From Alphaproteobacteria bacterium (GTDB lineage: Bacteria; Pseudomonadota; Alphaproteobacteria; JBFXJJ01): 35,208 nucleotides of DNA. Both the position numbers and the translations under genes were made by a program. Each line of letters opens with the position of its first letter. Position 1 is the first letter of the stretch. The stretch is from NCBI GenBank assembly GCA_050175015.1, contig JBFXJJ010000019.1, positions 1 to 35,208 of the forward strand. Reading direction: 5' to 3'. This document shows positions 9,935 to 19,940 of this stretch, piece after piece. The notes beneath the pieces are model-generated. The model saw only the letters and a list, made by a program, of their open reading frames with translations, ran no database searches and was not told the origin of the DNA.

Positions 9935-11014
9935 TTAACGTCCTTGTGATTTGTTTTTGATTTGAGAAATTGAAACCTCTTTTTGTTGTTTTTTGGTAAT
10001 AGATTTGGTTTCTCTCGTAATAACTCTTCCACTGAGTTCTTGAAGCTTCATTTTTCTTGCTAAATTAGCATCAATTTCCTTTTTCACTTCCGTTTTTTTT
10101 GCTTTGTTATCTTTACGGTCTTTTTTATTAGCTTTAGCTTTTGTTTTAATGCCTTTTCTAACTGTAGCAGCTTCTTTAAGGTTTTTAGGTTTGCTTTTTT
10201 TGGCATTTTCATTTTCAATGTTTTTAGTGACATCTCCAACTTTTTTATCAAAATCTTTGCTGTATTGAGAAATCATTTTAGCTTCATCCTTTCCAAGGGT
10301 TTCGCCTTTTCCTAATTTTCCAAAAGCTTGGCTTAAATTGTCATAGCGATTAATTGCATCAACATTAGTTTTATCTTCCTTCTGACTGCTTTTAGCAAAG
10401 ATATTAGAAAAAGCGGTCATAATATTTTTTTCGCCATCATTAAGAGTTTTGCCACTTGCTGCTTTCTCTAAAGCTTCTTTAACAGCGGTAGCTTTTTCTT
10501 TAAGATCTTTCATAGGATCTTTTTGGCTTTGCATCTCTTTTTCACTTGGATTGTAGATGCTGCCTTCAGATTTTTGGCTTTTATCTGTTTTTGCAGGTTG
10601 TTCAGAGGCTTTTGTTTGTTTTGGCTTGCCATCAGATGATGCCCATTTTTCACCTTGATTTTCAATAGCTTTAGCTAATTGCGTTGCAAGACCAAAGCGA
10701 CCATTTATAAGAAAATCGGCACCTTCAAATGCTTTACCAACACCCCAGCCAACGCTTTCACCCATAGCTGCAATAATAGCTTCAATCATATCTTGAGCGG
10801 AAAGATCGATATTAAAATTGTGATCAGAACCTTTGCCTTTTTCTTTTTTCTTTTTTTCTTTTCCTGTTCCGTCAATAGTAGAACCTTCGTCAACCATAAA
10901 TGCTTCTTGATTTTGGTTGACATTGTTAGCTTGAGCAAGAGTGTTAGCCTGATTGACACCTTTAGCTTGGTCAATAGTCATAGCACTTTTGTTGTCTGTG
11001 ATTTGAGTTTCCAT
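9935..11014 (-). CDS. Hypothetical Lys-rich, largely low-complexity protein (359 aa)
   Basis: Long ORF with AGGGA RBS, followed by a terminator; no recognisable domain. Confidence 0.75.
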   Translation of the reverse strand: METQITDNKSAMTIDQAKGVNQANTLAQANNVNQNQEAFMVDEGSTIDGTGKEKKKKEKGKGSDHNFNIDLSAQDMIEAIIAAMGESVGWGVGKAFEGADFLINGRFGLATQLAKAIENQGEKWASSDGKPKQTKASEQPAKTDKSQKSEGSIYNPSEKEMQSQKDPMKDLKEKATAVKEALEKAASGKTLNDGEKNIMTAFSNIFAKSSQKEDKTNVDAINRYDNLSQAFGKLGKGETLGKDEAKMISQYSKDFDKKVGDVTKNIENENAKKSKPKNLKEAATVRKGIKTKAKANKKDRKDNKAKKTEVKKEIDANLARKMKLQELSGRVITRETKSITKKQQKEVSISQIKNKSQGR

Positions 11015-11139
11015 AGTTATAATCCCTAAAACTAAGCAAAGATCCTATTAAATAAGATACCCTAACTTTATATAAAAAGCAATCTTTTGTCTACAGTTTT
11101 TCAAAATAATCATATAATAGTAACAATTAATTAAAATAT

Positions 11140-13056
11140 TTATGCCGTTATTGTTTTCATAATATTGGCTATTTTCTTATTCATAGCTTTGCAATCTTTA
11201 GCATTTGCTTTTATTAGTCCAAAAAATTTCTTTGGCATCTTATCAACTAATATAGGCGTGAAAAACGCCGGGTTGCTGATTAATGTACGATAAGCTGATT
11301 CAGGGTCATTATCCGCAGCTTTCAGGTAGTTTTTGATAAGAGCTTCTTCGTTTATTGGCAGATTTCTGCGTTTAAGTTTCTTAATAAATGAATTTGCAAG
11401 GCTTTGCTGTTCTAAGAATAAGTCAACGGCTTCTTCTTTAAGCATTTTGCTTTCTTTAACAACCTTGCTGGCTTTGCTTCTTATTTTGCAGGCTTCAATT
11501 TCAATGTCGACCTGCATAAAATTGAAAATGAATGACTGAATAATTTCATCTTTAGCTGCTTCAGCGATAGCAAAAAAAGTTTGATCGCTTTCTTGTCCTG
11601 TTACTCTGCCTAAAATTTTGGGGTATAGCGATTTAAAAATAGCTAATGACTTATACATATCATCTTTAATTAACATCGCAACATCTGGTTTTAGATGTGG
11701 AACTAAATCTTTGGCTCCTATGTTCTTGCTAGGATATTGACAGTTATTTATAATAGCTATTTCTTTAGTCATAGACATAGTATCTTTATAAGCATCATAG
11801 AGGCTTGATTCTTCATCAGATAATTGAGACAAGTACTCAAAATCATCATCAGGTTGTTCTGGTACTTTTGGAGAAGGCGTTTTGGCTGTAGGGGAAGCTA
11901 GGCTGAAGTCATCATCAGCTTCTTCTTCAAAATCTTCTAGTTCATCTTCATCATCAAATTCAGGGGGCTGTTCAAAGTCATCTTCATCGCCTTCTTCCTC
12001 TTCTTCCTCATAATTATCGTCCTCTTCCTCAGTGTTTTCTATCTCATCGTCTTCAATGTCAACATTACCTAAATCGGTTTCATCATAATCTAAACTATAG
12101 TCATCGTCGATACTGCCATCCTCTTCATCAGCTACGTCTTCAATGTCAATATTACCCAAGGTAGTTTCATCATAATCTAAGTTAAAAGAATCATCTTCAT
12201 CTTCATTTATTGTATTCTCTTCTGAAATATTTTTTTCTAGTTTTATTTCAGAATTGGTTGGAAGAGGGGCTTTGGCTGCAATGTTATTGTGGACAGCAGC
12301 TTGAGGCATAATGGAAGGTCTTTGAGGAACAATAGATGCAGGCATTCCCGTTGTATTATTGGGCGCGGTCATTGTCTGGGGTACAGGTCGTGAAGGTACA
12401 GCATTTGCTGTGCTGGCGGGTCTTTGTGGAACAGGCGGCATTTGATGTGTTTGAGATGCTGGCGTTATGCTCGGTCTTGGTGGAGCTTTAAACGGAGGAG
12501 GGGCCGCTTGGGTATTTTGGGGTGTTATATGCGGAGCTCGCTGTGGCTGTGGACTAGCTGTTTGTGGTACCGCAGGCCTTGGCTGAGTTTGAGCTGGCGC
12601 CTTTGTTATTGGTGATTTAGTTTGAGTAACAGCCACAGGTCTTGGTGGAGCCTGATGAGGTGCCTTTGTTGGTTGATGTTGTGGCTGTGGATTTGCTGTT
12701 TGAGGTGCCGCTGGTCTTGGCTGAGCTTGGTGTGGAGCTTTTGTCGGCGGTGCTTTTGCTTGATGTACCACAGGTCTAGGCTGTCCTTGTTGTGGAGGAC
12801 GAGCTTGTGGCGGCGGCGCTTTTTGTGGCTGCGTTTGAGCTGGTCTTGGAGCCTTAACCATAGGAGCTTTGGTTCCTGTTGGTTGTTGCGGTCTAGGAGC
12901 AGGAGCCTTGGTTCCTGGTATTTGAGGTGGAACTTTTTGAGGAATTTTATGAGCAACTTGTTGCGGTTGTGGTCTAGGTGGAGCTTTAGATGGAGTTGCA
13001 GCAACCGCCGGCCGTTTGATAACCGGAGCTATCTTTTTCATTGGCGGTTGGTTCAT
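11140..13056 (-). CDS. Hypothetical protein: Pro/Gln-rich basic N-terminus, Asp/Glu-rich middle, helical C-terminal domain (638 aa)
   Basis: Long ORF with AAGGGA RBS; compositional blocks visible in the translation. Confidence 0.85.
   Translation of the reverse strand: MNQPPMKKIAPVIKRPAVAATPSKAPPRPQPQQVAHKIPQKVPPQIPGTKAPAPRPQQPTGTKAPMVKAPRPAQTQPQKAPPPQARPPQQGQPRPVVHQAKAPPTKAPHQAQPRPAAPQTANPQPQHQPTKAPHQAPPRPVAVTQTKSPITKAPAQTQPRPAVPQTASPQPQRAPHITPQNTQAAPPPFKAPPRPSITPASQTHQMPPVPQRPASTANAVPSRPVPQTMTAPNNTTGMPASIVPQRPSIMPQAAVHNNIAAKAPLPTNSEIKLEKNISEENTINEDEDDSFNLDYDETTLGNIDIEDVADEEDGSIDDDYSLDYDETDLGNVDIEDDEIENTEEEDDNYEEEEEEGDEDDFEQPPEFDDEDELEDFEEEADDDFSLASPTAKTPSPKVPEQPDDDFEYLSQLSDEESSLYDAYKDTMSMTKEIAIINNCQYPSKNIGAKDLVPHLKPDVAMLIKDDMYKSLAIFKSLYPKILGRVTGQESDQTFFAIAEAAKDEIIQSFIFNFMQVDIEIEACKIRSKASKVVKESKMLKEEAVDLFLEQQSLANSFIKKLKRRNLPINEEALIKNYLKAADNDPESAYRTLISNPAFFTPILVDKMPKKFFGLIKANAKDCKAMNKKIANIMKTITA
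12051..12183 (-). repeat. Internal tandem duplication with 87-nt (29-aa) period: LDYDETTLGNIDIED / LDYDETDLGNVDIED
   Basis: cttcaatgtcaa..ttacc.aa....tttcatcataatctaa begins at 12051 and at 12138. Confidence 0.8.
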
Positions 13057-13153
13057 TGTTAATATTCCCTTTGAGTTTTTGTTTCTTGTTTCTTAAATAT
13101 TTTTGATTAGTATACCAAAATATTCTTAATTAAAAATATGGTATAATACAATA

Positions 13154-14119
13154 ATGTCAAATAATTACAGCAAAATCACTCTTCCTGAAGTGCCAAGCAG
13201 TCATAATAATGAGCGCATAGATAAGTGGATTTCATCAGAAAGTAAGGAAATCTCACGCTCCAGAGTGCAGCAGTTGATAGAGCAGGGATACGTTTTAAAA
13301 AATAATGACATTATTAATGATGCCGCTAAAAAAGTTCATCAAGGAGATATTATAGAAATTCTAATTCCACCAGCAGAAGAGGCTATCCCTGTAGGTGAAA
13401 AAATTGATTTGGATATAGTTTATGAAGATGAAGATTTAATAGTCATCAATAAAAATCCCAATATGGTTGTTCACCCGGCTCCAGGTAACAGCAGTGGAAC
13501 TTTAGTTAATGCTTTAATTGAGCATTGTGGCAGTAGTTTATCTGGTATTGGCGGGGTTAAAAGACCGGGGATTGTTCATAGAATAGATAAAGATACCAGT
13601 GGGTTAATTGTAATTGCTAAAAATGATTTAGCTCATCAAAGTTTATCCGAGCAATTCGCAGCTCACAGTATCAGAAGAGCATATATTGCTGTTGTATGGG
13701 GAGTGCCTAAACCTCTTAAAGGCAGGATAGAAACAAATTTGGGAAGGCATAAAGTCAATCGTAAAAAAATGGCTGTTTTAAAAAGCGGCGGCAAAGTAGC
13801 GATTACTAATTATGAAACTATAAAAAATATTCAAAATATGGTTTCAGTTTTAGAGTGCCGACTCGAAACAGGCAGAACACATCAAATCAGAGTTCATATG
13901 GCACATATAGGCTGTCCATTGGTTGGTGATCAGACTTATGGTAACAACAAAAAACATTTAGCTAAGTTTTTTGAAAATGCTGTTGTAAAAGATTTTTTAA
14001 GGCAGGCTCTCCATGCTAAAGAGCTAGGTTTTATTCATCCTCGAACTCAAAAAGAGATGTTTTTTAGTAAAGATATGCCAGAAGATATGAAAATCCTGAT
14101 CGAATCTTTTGATGATTAA
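13154..14119 (+). CDS. rluD: RluA-family 23S rRNA pseudouridine synthase with S4 domain (RluD)
   Basis: S4-like RIDKW...SRSRVQQLI, NKNPNMVVHPAPG, catalytic GIVHRIDKDTSG, LETGRTHQIRVH, RQALHA. Confidence 0.92.
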   Translation: MSNNYSKITLPEVPSSHNNERIDKWISSESKEISRSRVQQLIEQGYVLKNNDIINDAAKKVHQGDIIEILIPPAEEAIPVGEKIDLDIVYEDEDLIVINKNPNMVVHPAPGNSSGTLVNALIEHCGSSLSGIGGVKRPGIVHRIDKDTSGLIVIAKNDLAHQSLSEQFAAHSIRRAYIAVVWGVPKPLKGRIETNLGRHKVNRKKMAVLKSGGKVAITNYETIKNIQNMVSVLECRLETGRTHQIRVHMAHIGCPLVGDQTYGNNKKHLAKFFENAVVKDFLRQALHAKELGFIHPRTQKEMFFSKDMPEDMKILIESFDD

Positions 14120-14181
14120 AAGCTATTTTAAAAAAGTATTATAGATTTGAATTAAAAAAGAAGAGAAAAATAAATTAGACA

Positions 14182-14667
14182 TTACTCTGAAATTTTTACT
14201 TCTTCCCCCCAATTTTCAATTAGTTTTTGTTGGACAATTTTAAGATTGTTTGCGCGGCGGTATGCTGCAAGTTGGCTGAGCGTTCCAACGATTATGGGAA
14301 AGATGGTATAAACTAGAAGACCAAAACAGGCAGAGCCGTAAATCACGATTAAAGACGTAACATCAAGCAGGATATTAAGAGCCTCGGTAATAGTATGCGA
14401 TCCAAACCACATTTTTAGAAGATAATAAAATGAGCCTGAGATATTGAATCCGCCGATGCACAGCCATTTATATTGATATTTGTTTTTTTCTAACACAAAA
14501 GCAATAAGTGTTGGAAGCATAGCAAACGACAAAAAGATTATTGTCGGATGAATCACAATAAGTACGGGCATAATTAATATGATTAAAATCAAGCGGCTTA
14601 AAAAAATGCCAAAACCAGCTTTTTTAGGCGGTTGTTTTTTTTGGGTTTTAATTGGTTTCTTACTCAA
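14182..14667 (-). CDS. Hypothetical integral membrane protein (about 4 TM), coupled to the upstream kinase-like gene
   Basis: TTG start whose AGGTGAG RBS overlaps the upstream TAG; basic N-terminus followed by hydrophobic helices. Confidence 0.8.
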   Translation of the reverse strand: MSKKPIKTQKKQPPKKAGFGIFLSRLILIILIMPVLIVIHPTIIFLSFAMLPTLIAFVLEKNKYQYKWLCIGGFNISGSFYYLLKMWFGSHTITEALNILLDVTSLIVIYGSACFGLLVYTIFPIIVGTLSQLAAYRRANNLKIVQQKLIENWGEEVKISE

Positions 14668-14675
14668 ATTCTCAC

Positions 14676-16748
14676 CTAAAATTTTGAAATAAACATAATT
14701 AAAATAGTAATAACAGCGACACCAAAAGATGTTATAGCTGCTACTTGATGTCCAAAAGTTATTGCGTCTTCTTCACGTTCTTTTTTGCGGTTTTCAATAT
14801 TATAGATTTCTTTCTCCGCGGCGGCATATTCTTGTTTAGCTCTAGCAAAAGATTTAGCATCATCAGTTATTTCTTCATTGTTGTCTAAGAAACTGAATAA
14901 ATCATAAACCAAGCCTTTTCTGACTAATTTATGAATTTCTTTCTCCATAATTTTGCGCCGTACTCTACTATGATAACGTTTAATGACAGGAGCCATCAAA
15001 GAGCCAACCCAGCTTGTAAGATTATAAAGAGGATCTCTGTGAAAATGCCACTGTAGGAAAGAAATCATACCAAGAAGACCGACGGCAACTTCGGAAGGGT
15101 TAGAACTATTTAAAGAGATAAGATAGCTTTCGACTTTATTGCCGCAGTGAGCAGAAACAAATGCTATTATATGGCGATCAATAGGCCATGATTTATAATC
15201 TTGTTTTTTGGCGACTTTATCTAGTTCTTCAACAATGCTTCCCACATCTAAAATATAGGAATGATCGATAATTTTACTTAAGCAGGGAGCATATTCACAT
15301 AGTTCATAAAGACAACGCTCAATGCCAAAGCCTAAATCTTCTCGGTCGATATAATTACGTAAAGAAGCAAATTTGCTGGCATAAACATATTTTTCCTGAA
15401 CCGCATACCAATCTTGAACAATATTTCTTTGAATAATTTCAACTAGAGGTTTTATATTTTCTCCAACAGCTAAGGCCTTAAATAGATAAAAACCAAAGCC
15501 TTCGACTGTTGTACTTACAGTTTTATAGCGTATTGGTGCTTTAGGGTCTAAAAGCATACAAACTTTTGCCAGAATAATATCATTTTGACTTTTTATATTG
15601 TTTTCTCTCGCAGATATTTCTTCGACAATCTCTTTTATTTGATCAGCTTTTTTATTTTCTTGCAAACAGCGCTTAAGCCAAACTTCTAATTTGCCGTTTT
15701 TAATAATTTCTATAGCGCCTTCATGATTTTTTAAAAGAGCTATAGCAAGCAGTCTGGCAGTATAATAATCTTTATTATCAAAAGAAAATGGAGCAGAAGC
15801 ACGTTTGTCCGCTTTTGACTGAATTGGACTTAGTCTTCTACCGTTAACCCATAATTCGACGTCTTTAATTGTCCATCTCTGTTCAATATTATCTGCTAAA
15901 ACACCTTTTAAAAATTCAATCATTCCCAGAGATACCTTAGTGTCTCCGACGATGGCTGAATATGAGCCTCTTTCAATTTTTAAATCAAGAATTTGAGAAT
16001 CAGAAAGACGAGAGAGTTTGTTTCTACCGCTTATAAGTGTGAAGACCGTTACACCAAAAGCATATAAATCCTCATTATATTTACCTGGGCCGCGACCTTC
16101 AGGGTGGCACATAATAGATTCAATAGGCTCGCAAAATGCAGGCTGGTCATATCCTGGTGATGCTGTTATGCAGTCTCCTAAAACAATTTCTTTTTTGTCT
16201 TTATCCATATAAAAAAGATTGTTGGGTCTGATTGCTCTATGGCTTTCACCTTTTAGATCGAGTTCATAAAGTGCCGAGACAAGAGGTTTTGCTAAATTGT
16301 TAATGAAATCTAGTTCATTAATTGGTGATATTTCTGAGTTGGTGTCAGGCATAACTTTGCCGCCGAGAGGTTTTTCATAAACGACAACAAAGAGGTTCCT
16401 ATCTTCTGGAGGAAAAAAGACAGTATCGTGTTCAATATAAGGTATGAGACCTTTTTGATTAAAGTTTCTAATCGATCTTATAAGCGAGTATCTTGGCAGA
16501 ACTTTAGGATTGCATACCAAGGCAAACAAAGGGTGTCCTGATGAATTTTTTAAATCTGCAACTTCAAAAGCTTTAGCCGAAGGAGTATCAAAATCTGGAA
16601 TTCTTTTATCGCTTAATAGCTTGTACCTATTTTTAATAAGTATACCGTCTTTAGCATCAGCAAGATTAGGCAAATCACTATTATTAGAAGTAGCTTTATT
16701 TGCTTCTTCTTTAACGTTGGGCGCAGAATTAATGTTAATATCCGCTAT
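14676..16748 (-). CDS. Ser/Thr protein kinase-like protein, probably a pseudokinase, with C-terminal TM anchor; start probably ATA 16748 (track start TTG 16673)
   Basis: Kinase-fold motifs HRAIRPNNLF, LGDC, EPIE, DLYAFGVT, QRWT; C-terminal hydrophobic tail. GGAGGAG at 16761-16755 lies 6 nt before an in-frame ATA. Confidence 0.8.
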   Translation of the reverse strand: MADININSAPNVKEEANKATSNNSDLPNLADAKDGILIKNRYKLLSDKRIPDFDTPSAKAFEVADLKNSSGHPLFALVCNPKVLPRYSLIRSIRNFNQKGLIPYIEHDTVFFPPEDRNLFVVVYEKPLGGKVMPDTNSEISPINELDFINNLAKPLVSALYELDLKGESHRAIRPNNLFYMDKDKKEIVLGDCITASPGYDQPAFCEPIESIMCHPEGRGPGKYNEDLYAFGVTVFTLISGRNKLSRLSDSQILDLKIERGSYSAIVGDTKVSLGMIEFLKGVLADNIEQRWTIKDVELWVNGRRLSPIQSKADKRASAPFSFDNKDYYTARLLAIALLKNHEGAIEIIKNGKLEVWLKRCLQENKKADQIKEIVEEISARENNIKSQNDIILAKVCMLLDPKAPIRYKTVSTTVEGFGFYLFKALAVGENIKPLVEIIQRNIVQDWYAVQEKYVYASKFASLRNYIDREDLGFGIERCLYELCEYAPCLSKIIDHSYILDVGSIVEELDKVAKKQDYKSWPIDRHIIAFVSAHCGNKVESYLISLNSSNPSEVAVGLLGMISFLQWHFHRDPLYNLTSWVGSLMAPVIKRYHSRVRRKIMEKEIHKLVRKGLVYDLFSFLDNNEEITDDAKSFARAKQEYAAAEKEIYNIENRKKEREEDAITFGHQVAAITSFGVAVITILIMFISKF

Positions 16749-16834
16749 AGTCTACTCCTCCAGATAAAGTTTTTTTATCAACTCTACCTTAACCGCCTTA
16801 ATTTTTAAATGTTTTTTTATTAAAAACAAATTTT

Positions 16835-18124
16835 TTATAGATAAGGGTCTTTAAGCAATATGGTATCACATCTTTCTGGGCTGGTAGAAATCATTGCTAC
16901 AGGAGCTTCAACTAATTGTTCAATGCGTTTGATATAGTTTTTCGCTTCTTCTGGCAGGTCATCATACTTTTTTAAGCTTTTAATAGGCGTTTTCCAGCTC
17001 GGAAGTGTTTCATAAATTGGTTTCACTCGAGCTTGACCATTTAGGGTCATAGGAAATTTATCAATTTTCTGACCATCTAATTCATAGCCTGTACAAATTC
17101 TGATTTCATCAAGATTATCAAAAATATCAAGTTTTGTAAGAACTAGGCCTTTGACGCCGGAAACTTTGATTGCTTGTTTTACTAAAATGGCATCAAACCA
17201 GCCGCAGCGGCGTTTACGGCCTGTAACCGTACCATATTCTCCGCCTTTATCACAGATTAAATCGCCGGTTGCATCAAAGAGTTCGGTTGGAAAAGGACCT
17301 TCTCCAACTCTTGTTGTATAGGCTTTAGCAATACCTAACACAAAACCTATATTGCAGGCACCAAGTCCTGTGCCAGCAGAAGCTTGTCCTGCAATGGTAT
17401 TGGATGAAGTAACAAAAGGATAAGTACCATAATCGATGTCAAGCATAGAGCCTTGAGCACCTTCAAACAGGATTTTCTTATCAGCTTTAACCGCTTCATC
17501 TAGACGGCTCCATACTGGGTCAGCATAGCATAAAACTTTGTCTCTGATTTTCATTAATTCTTCGATTAAGTTATCGCCATTGATCTCATCTACACCTAAA
17601 CCTCGTCTTAAAGCGTTGTGATGAGATAATAAACGCTCAACTTTATGAGGAAGGGTATCTGTTTCGGATAAATCGCAAAGTCTAAGAGCTCTTCTGCCAA
17701 CCTTATCTTCATAAGCAGGACCAATGCCGCGACCTGTTGTTCCAATTTTGCCGCCTTTAGGAGCCTTAGATTCTCTTAAAAGGTCGAGTTCTTTATGAAT
17801 AGGAAGAATTAAAGGAACATTTTCGGCAATTTTTAAAATGTCTGGAGTTACAATAACGTTTTGTTCTTTTAATCTGGCAATCTCATCAATTAAAGCCCAA
17901 GGGTCTAAAACAACACCGTTGCCAATAATAGAGAGTTTTCCACGGACAACACCAGAAGGAAGAAGTGATAATTTATATTTAACCCCATCAACTACTAAAG
18001 TGTGTCCAGCATTGTGGCCACCTTGAAAACGTACCACCATATCGGCTTTCTCTGACAGCCAATCAACAATTTTTCCCTTGCCTTCATCGCCCCATTGAGC
18101 GCCGATAACTACTACATTTGACAT
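16835..18124 (-). CDS. purA: Adenylosuccinate synthetase
   Basis: [64 protein letters not shown]. Confidence 0.98.
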   Translation of the reverse strand: MSNVVVIGAQWGDEGKGKIVDWLSEKADMVVRFQGGHNAGHTLVVDGVKYKLSLLPSGVVRGKLSIIGNGVVLDPWALIDEIARLKEQNVIVTPDILKIAENVPLILPIHKELDLLRESKAPKGGKIGTTGRGIGPAYEDKVGRRALRLCDLSETDTLPHKVERLLSHHNALRRGLGVDEINGDNLIEELMKIRDKVLCYADPVWSRLDEAVKADKKILFEGAQGSMLDIDYGTYPFVTSSNTIAGQASAGTGLGACNIGFVLGIAKAYTTRVGEGPFPTELFDATGDLICDKGGEYGTVTGRKRRCGWFDAILVKQAIKVSGVKGLVLTKLDIFDNLDEIRICTGYELDGQKIDKFPMTLNGQARVKPIYETLPSWKTPIKSLKKYDDLPEEAKNYIKRIEQLVEAPVAMISTSPERCDTILLKDPYL

Positions 18125-18549
18125 TTTTTTTAAAAATTCCTTATTTGTTTCAAAAACTTAAAAAAGCTTAGATGCTATCAACAAAAAGATGCTGCTTGTT
18201 ATGCGGTTTGAACATATTCGTTATTTACATTATGAAAGTTAAACAAGACATCCAATTTCACATCTAAAAACACTTTATTTGCTAAAACAATTTTTAAGGT
18301 GAGTCAATTTTTAATTTTTTTAGTTTAACCATAACTAATAAGTATGAGTAATCTTGTTTAAAGTGTGATGAAAAGCTTTTCCAGTTATTCTGTTATAATC
18401 CTAAGTTTTCCGCTCCATAGAGAAAAGATTTAGCAAATTAGGAATATTAATTAGAACAACCCAAAAAGCCAAAAGATATTCAAGAATAGAATTGCAGAAC
18501 GGCTGTTTTGCTGTTTGTTGTGGAATGAACTTTTTGTATTTATTTGAAG

Positions 18550-18625
18550 TGGTGCCGCCTATGTGACTTGAACACACGACCCTCGCATTACGAATGCGAT
18601 GCTCTACCAGCTGAGCTAAGGCGGC
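18550..18625 (-). tRNA. tRNA-Thr (anticodon CGT), CCA encoded
   Basis: GCCGCCT TA GCTC AGCTGGTA GAGC A TCGCA TT CGT AA TGCGA GGGTC GTGTG TTCAAGT CACAT AGGCGGC A CCA; 76-nt cloverleaf. Confidence 0.97.
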
Positions 18626-18680
18626 ACAAAGATAATTTTTATACTTTAATGAACAAAACTGCAAGCCCGCTTTTTAAAAA

Positions 18681-19928
18681 TTAACTGTTTTTTTCAAAAC
18701 TAGCAGAACTTGCACGATATTCATTAAAAGAACCTTTGGTTTCTAAATATTTGTTGCCTAAAATTTTGATAATAAAAGCTCCAATAGGGGCGGTGATAAT
18801 AATACTGATTACCGCCATGGAAAGGATTATTTCTCCAGGCGCAGAGTTCATACCGTTGGCTTTCATTGCGGCGAGAGGAACGGCACCTATGGCAGCCTGT
18901 ACGGTTGCTTTGGGTAAGTATGATGCTATAACAAAAATTCTTTCTCCAAAATTTAGTTTGCTTTTTATGAGGCATATTAGAACACCTATACTTCTAGCAA
19001 CTAAGCCTAAAATTAAAACTAAAAATCCTGCTAAGCCTGTTGCTAAGGCGACTTTTATATTTAGTTGTGATCCGATAAGAGTAAAAAGCAGAATTTCGGC
19101 AAAAATCCAAATTTTAGCAAGTTTAGCTGCAATTTCGTGAGCCATATATTCACGGTATTCGAGAATAATAAAGCCTAAAACCATTGATGCCAAAAGGGGA
19201 GAAAATGCAATTATAGAAAAATTCTTTTCAAGATTAATAAATAAAATAGCAATAGCAATAATAATAAGCACTCGTTTAGTTGCTCTAGGATTAAATTTTT
19301 CAAACAATTTACACAAAATAAAGCCTGTAATTGTTCCGATTATAATTCCTGTAAAGATTGAAATTGGGATATTTATTAAGGTGGTAACAATCGAGGTTTG
19401 TTTTCCTAAATAAATCATTAAAAATATGCCATTGGCGACGATAACGTTGATGTCATCAATAGAAGCTCCTGCTAAAACTAAGGTTGGGACTCCTTTTTCT
19501 CCGCCCCGCTTTTTCTGTATAAAATCAAGCATCAAGGGAACAATAACGGCAGGCGATACTGCCGCTAAAACCGTTCCTAGAAGGGTTGCTTCAAGAGGTG
19601 TTATGCCAAGAAGTTTGGGAGCAACTAAAGTTATGCCGACAATTTCACAAGTAGCGGGAATAAAAGATAACAGAATGGCTCTGAAGCCAACCTCGGCAAG
19701 CGTCTCTCTGCTTAAAGATAAGCCCGCTCGGAGCAGAATGACAACTAAGGCAATAGTTCTAAAATCGGTTGCTGTATCAATAAGTTCTGGGCGAATTAAA
19801 TTTAAGGCGTTAGATCCTAGTATAATGCCTAAAACAAGCATTCCCAGCAATCCAGGCAGTTTTGCTTTGCGGAATAAGTAATCAAAGAAAAGACCTAAAA
19901 TAGCAATTTCAGCAAGACCCAAAGCCAT
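18681..19928 (-). CDS. Cation:proton antiporter (Na+/H+ or K+/H+ exchanger, CPA superfamily, NHA2/NapA-like)
   Basis: About 12 hydrophobic segments; motifs ILLRAGL, AAVSPAVIVP, GASIDD, AEILLF, YLPKATVQAAIG; AAGGAG RBS. Confidence 0.9.
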   Translation of the reverse strand: MALGLAEIAILGLFFDYLFRKAKLPGLLGMLVLGIILGSNALNLIRPELIDTATDFRTIALVVILLRAGLSLSRETLAEVGFRAILLSFIPATCEIVGITLVAPKLLGITPLEATLLGTVLAAVSPAVIVPLMLDFIQKKRGGEKGVPTLVLAGASIDDINVIVANGIFLMIYLGKQTSIVTTLINIPISIFTGIIIGTITGFILCKLFEKFNPRATKRVLIIIAIAILFINLEKNFSIIAFSPLLASMVLGFIILEYREYMAHEIAAKLAKIWIFAEILLFTLIGSQLNIKVALATGLAGFLVLILGLVARSIGVLICLIKSKLNFGERIFVIASYLPKATVQAAIGAVPLAAMKANGMNSAPGEIILSMAVISIIITAPIGAFIIKILGNKYLETKGSFNEYRASSASFEKNS

Positions 19929-19940
19929 AAAACATACTCC

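Noticed and set aside
12424-13062. Trp/Arg/Leu-rich ORFs
   Set aside because: Alternative-frame readings of the Pro/Gln-rich low-complexity gene.
13111-13145. TATACCA...TGGTATA inverted repeat in the divergent promoter region before rluD
   Set aside because: Could simply be two back-to-back -10 regions; not assignable to a regulator.
18125-18550. tRNA-Thr 3' end as an integration site, or a purine riboswitch before purA
   Set aside because: No integrase, no duplicated tRNA 3' fragment and no recognisable aptamer core seen.
18401-18664. 87-aa ORF
   Set aside because: Overlaps tRNA-Thr on the same strand; its translation is just the tRNA sequence plus AT-rich flank.
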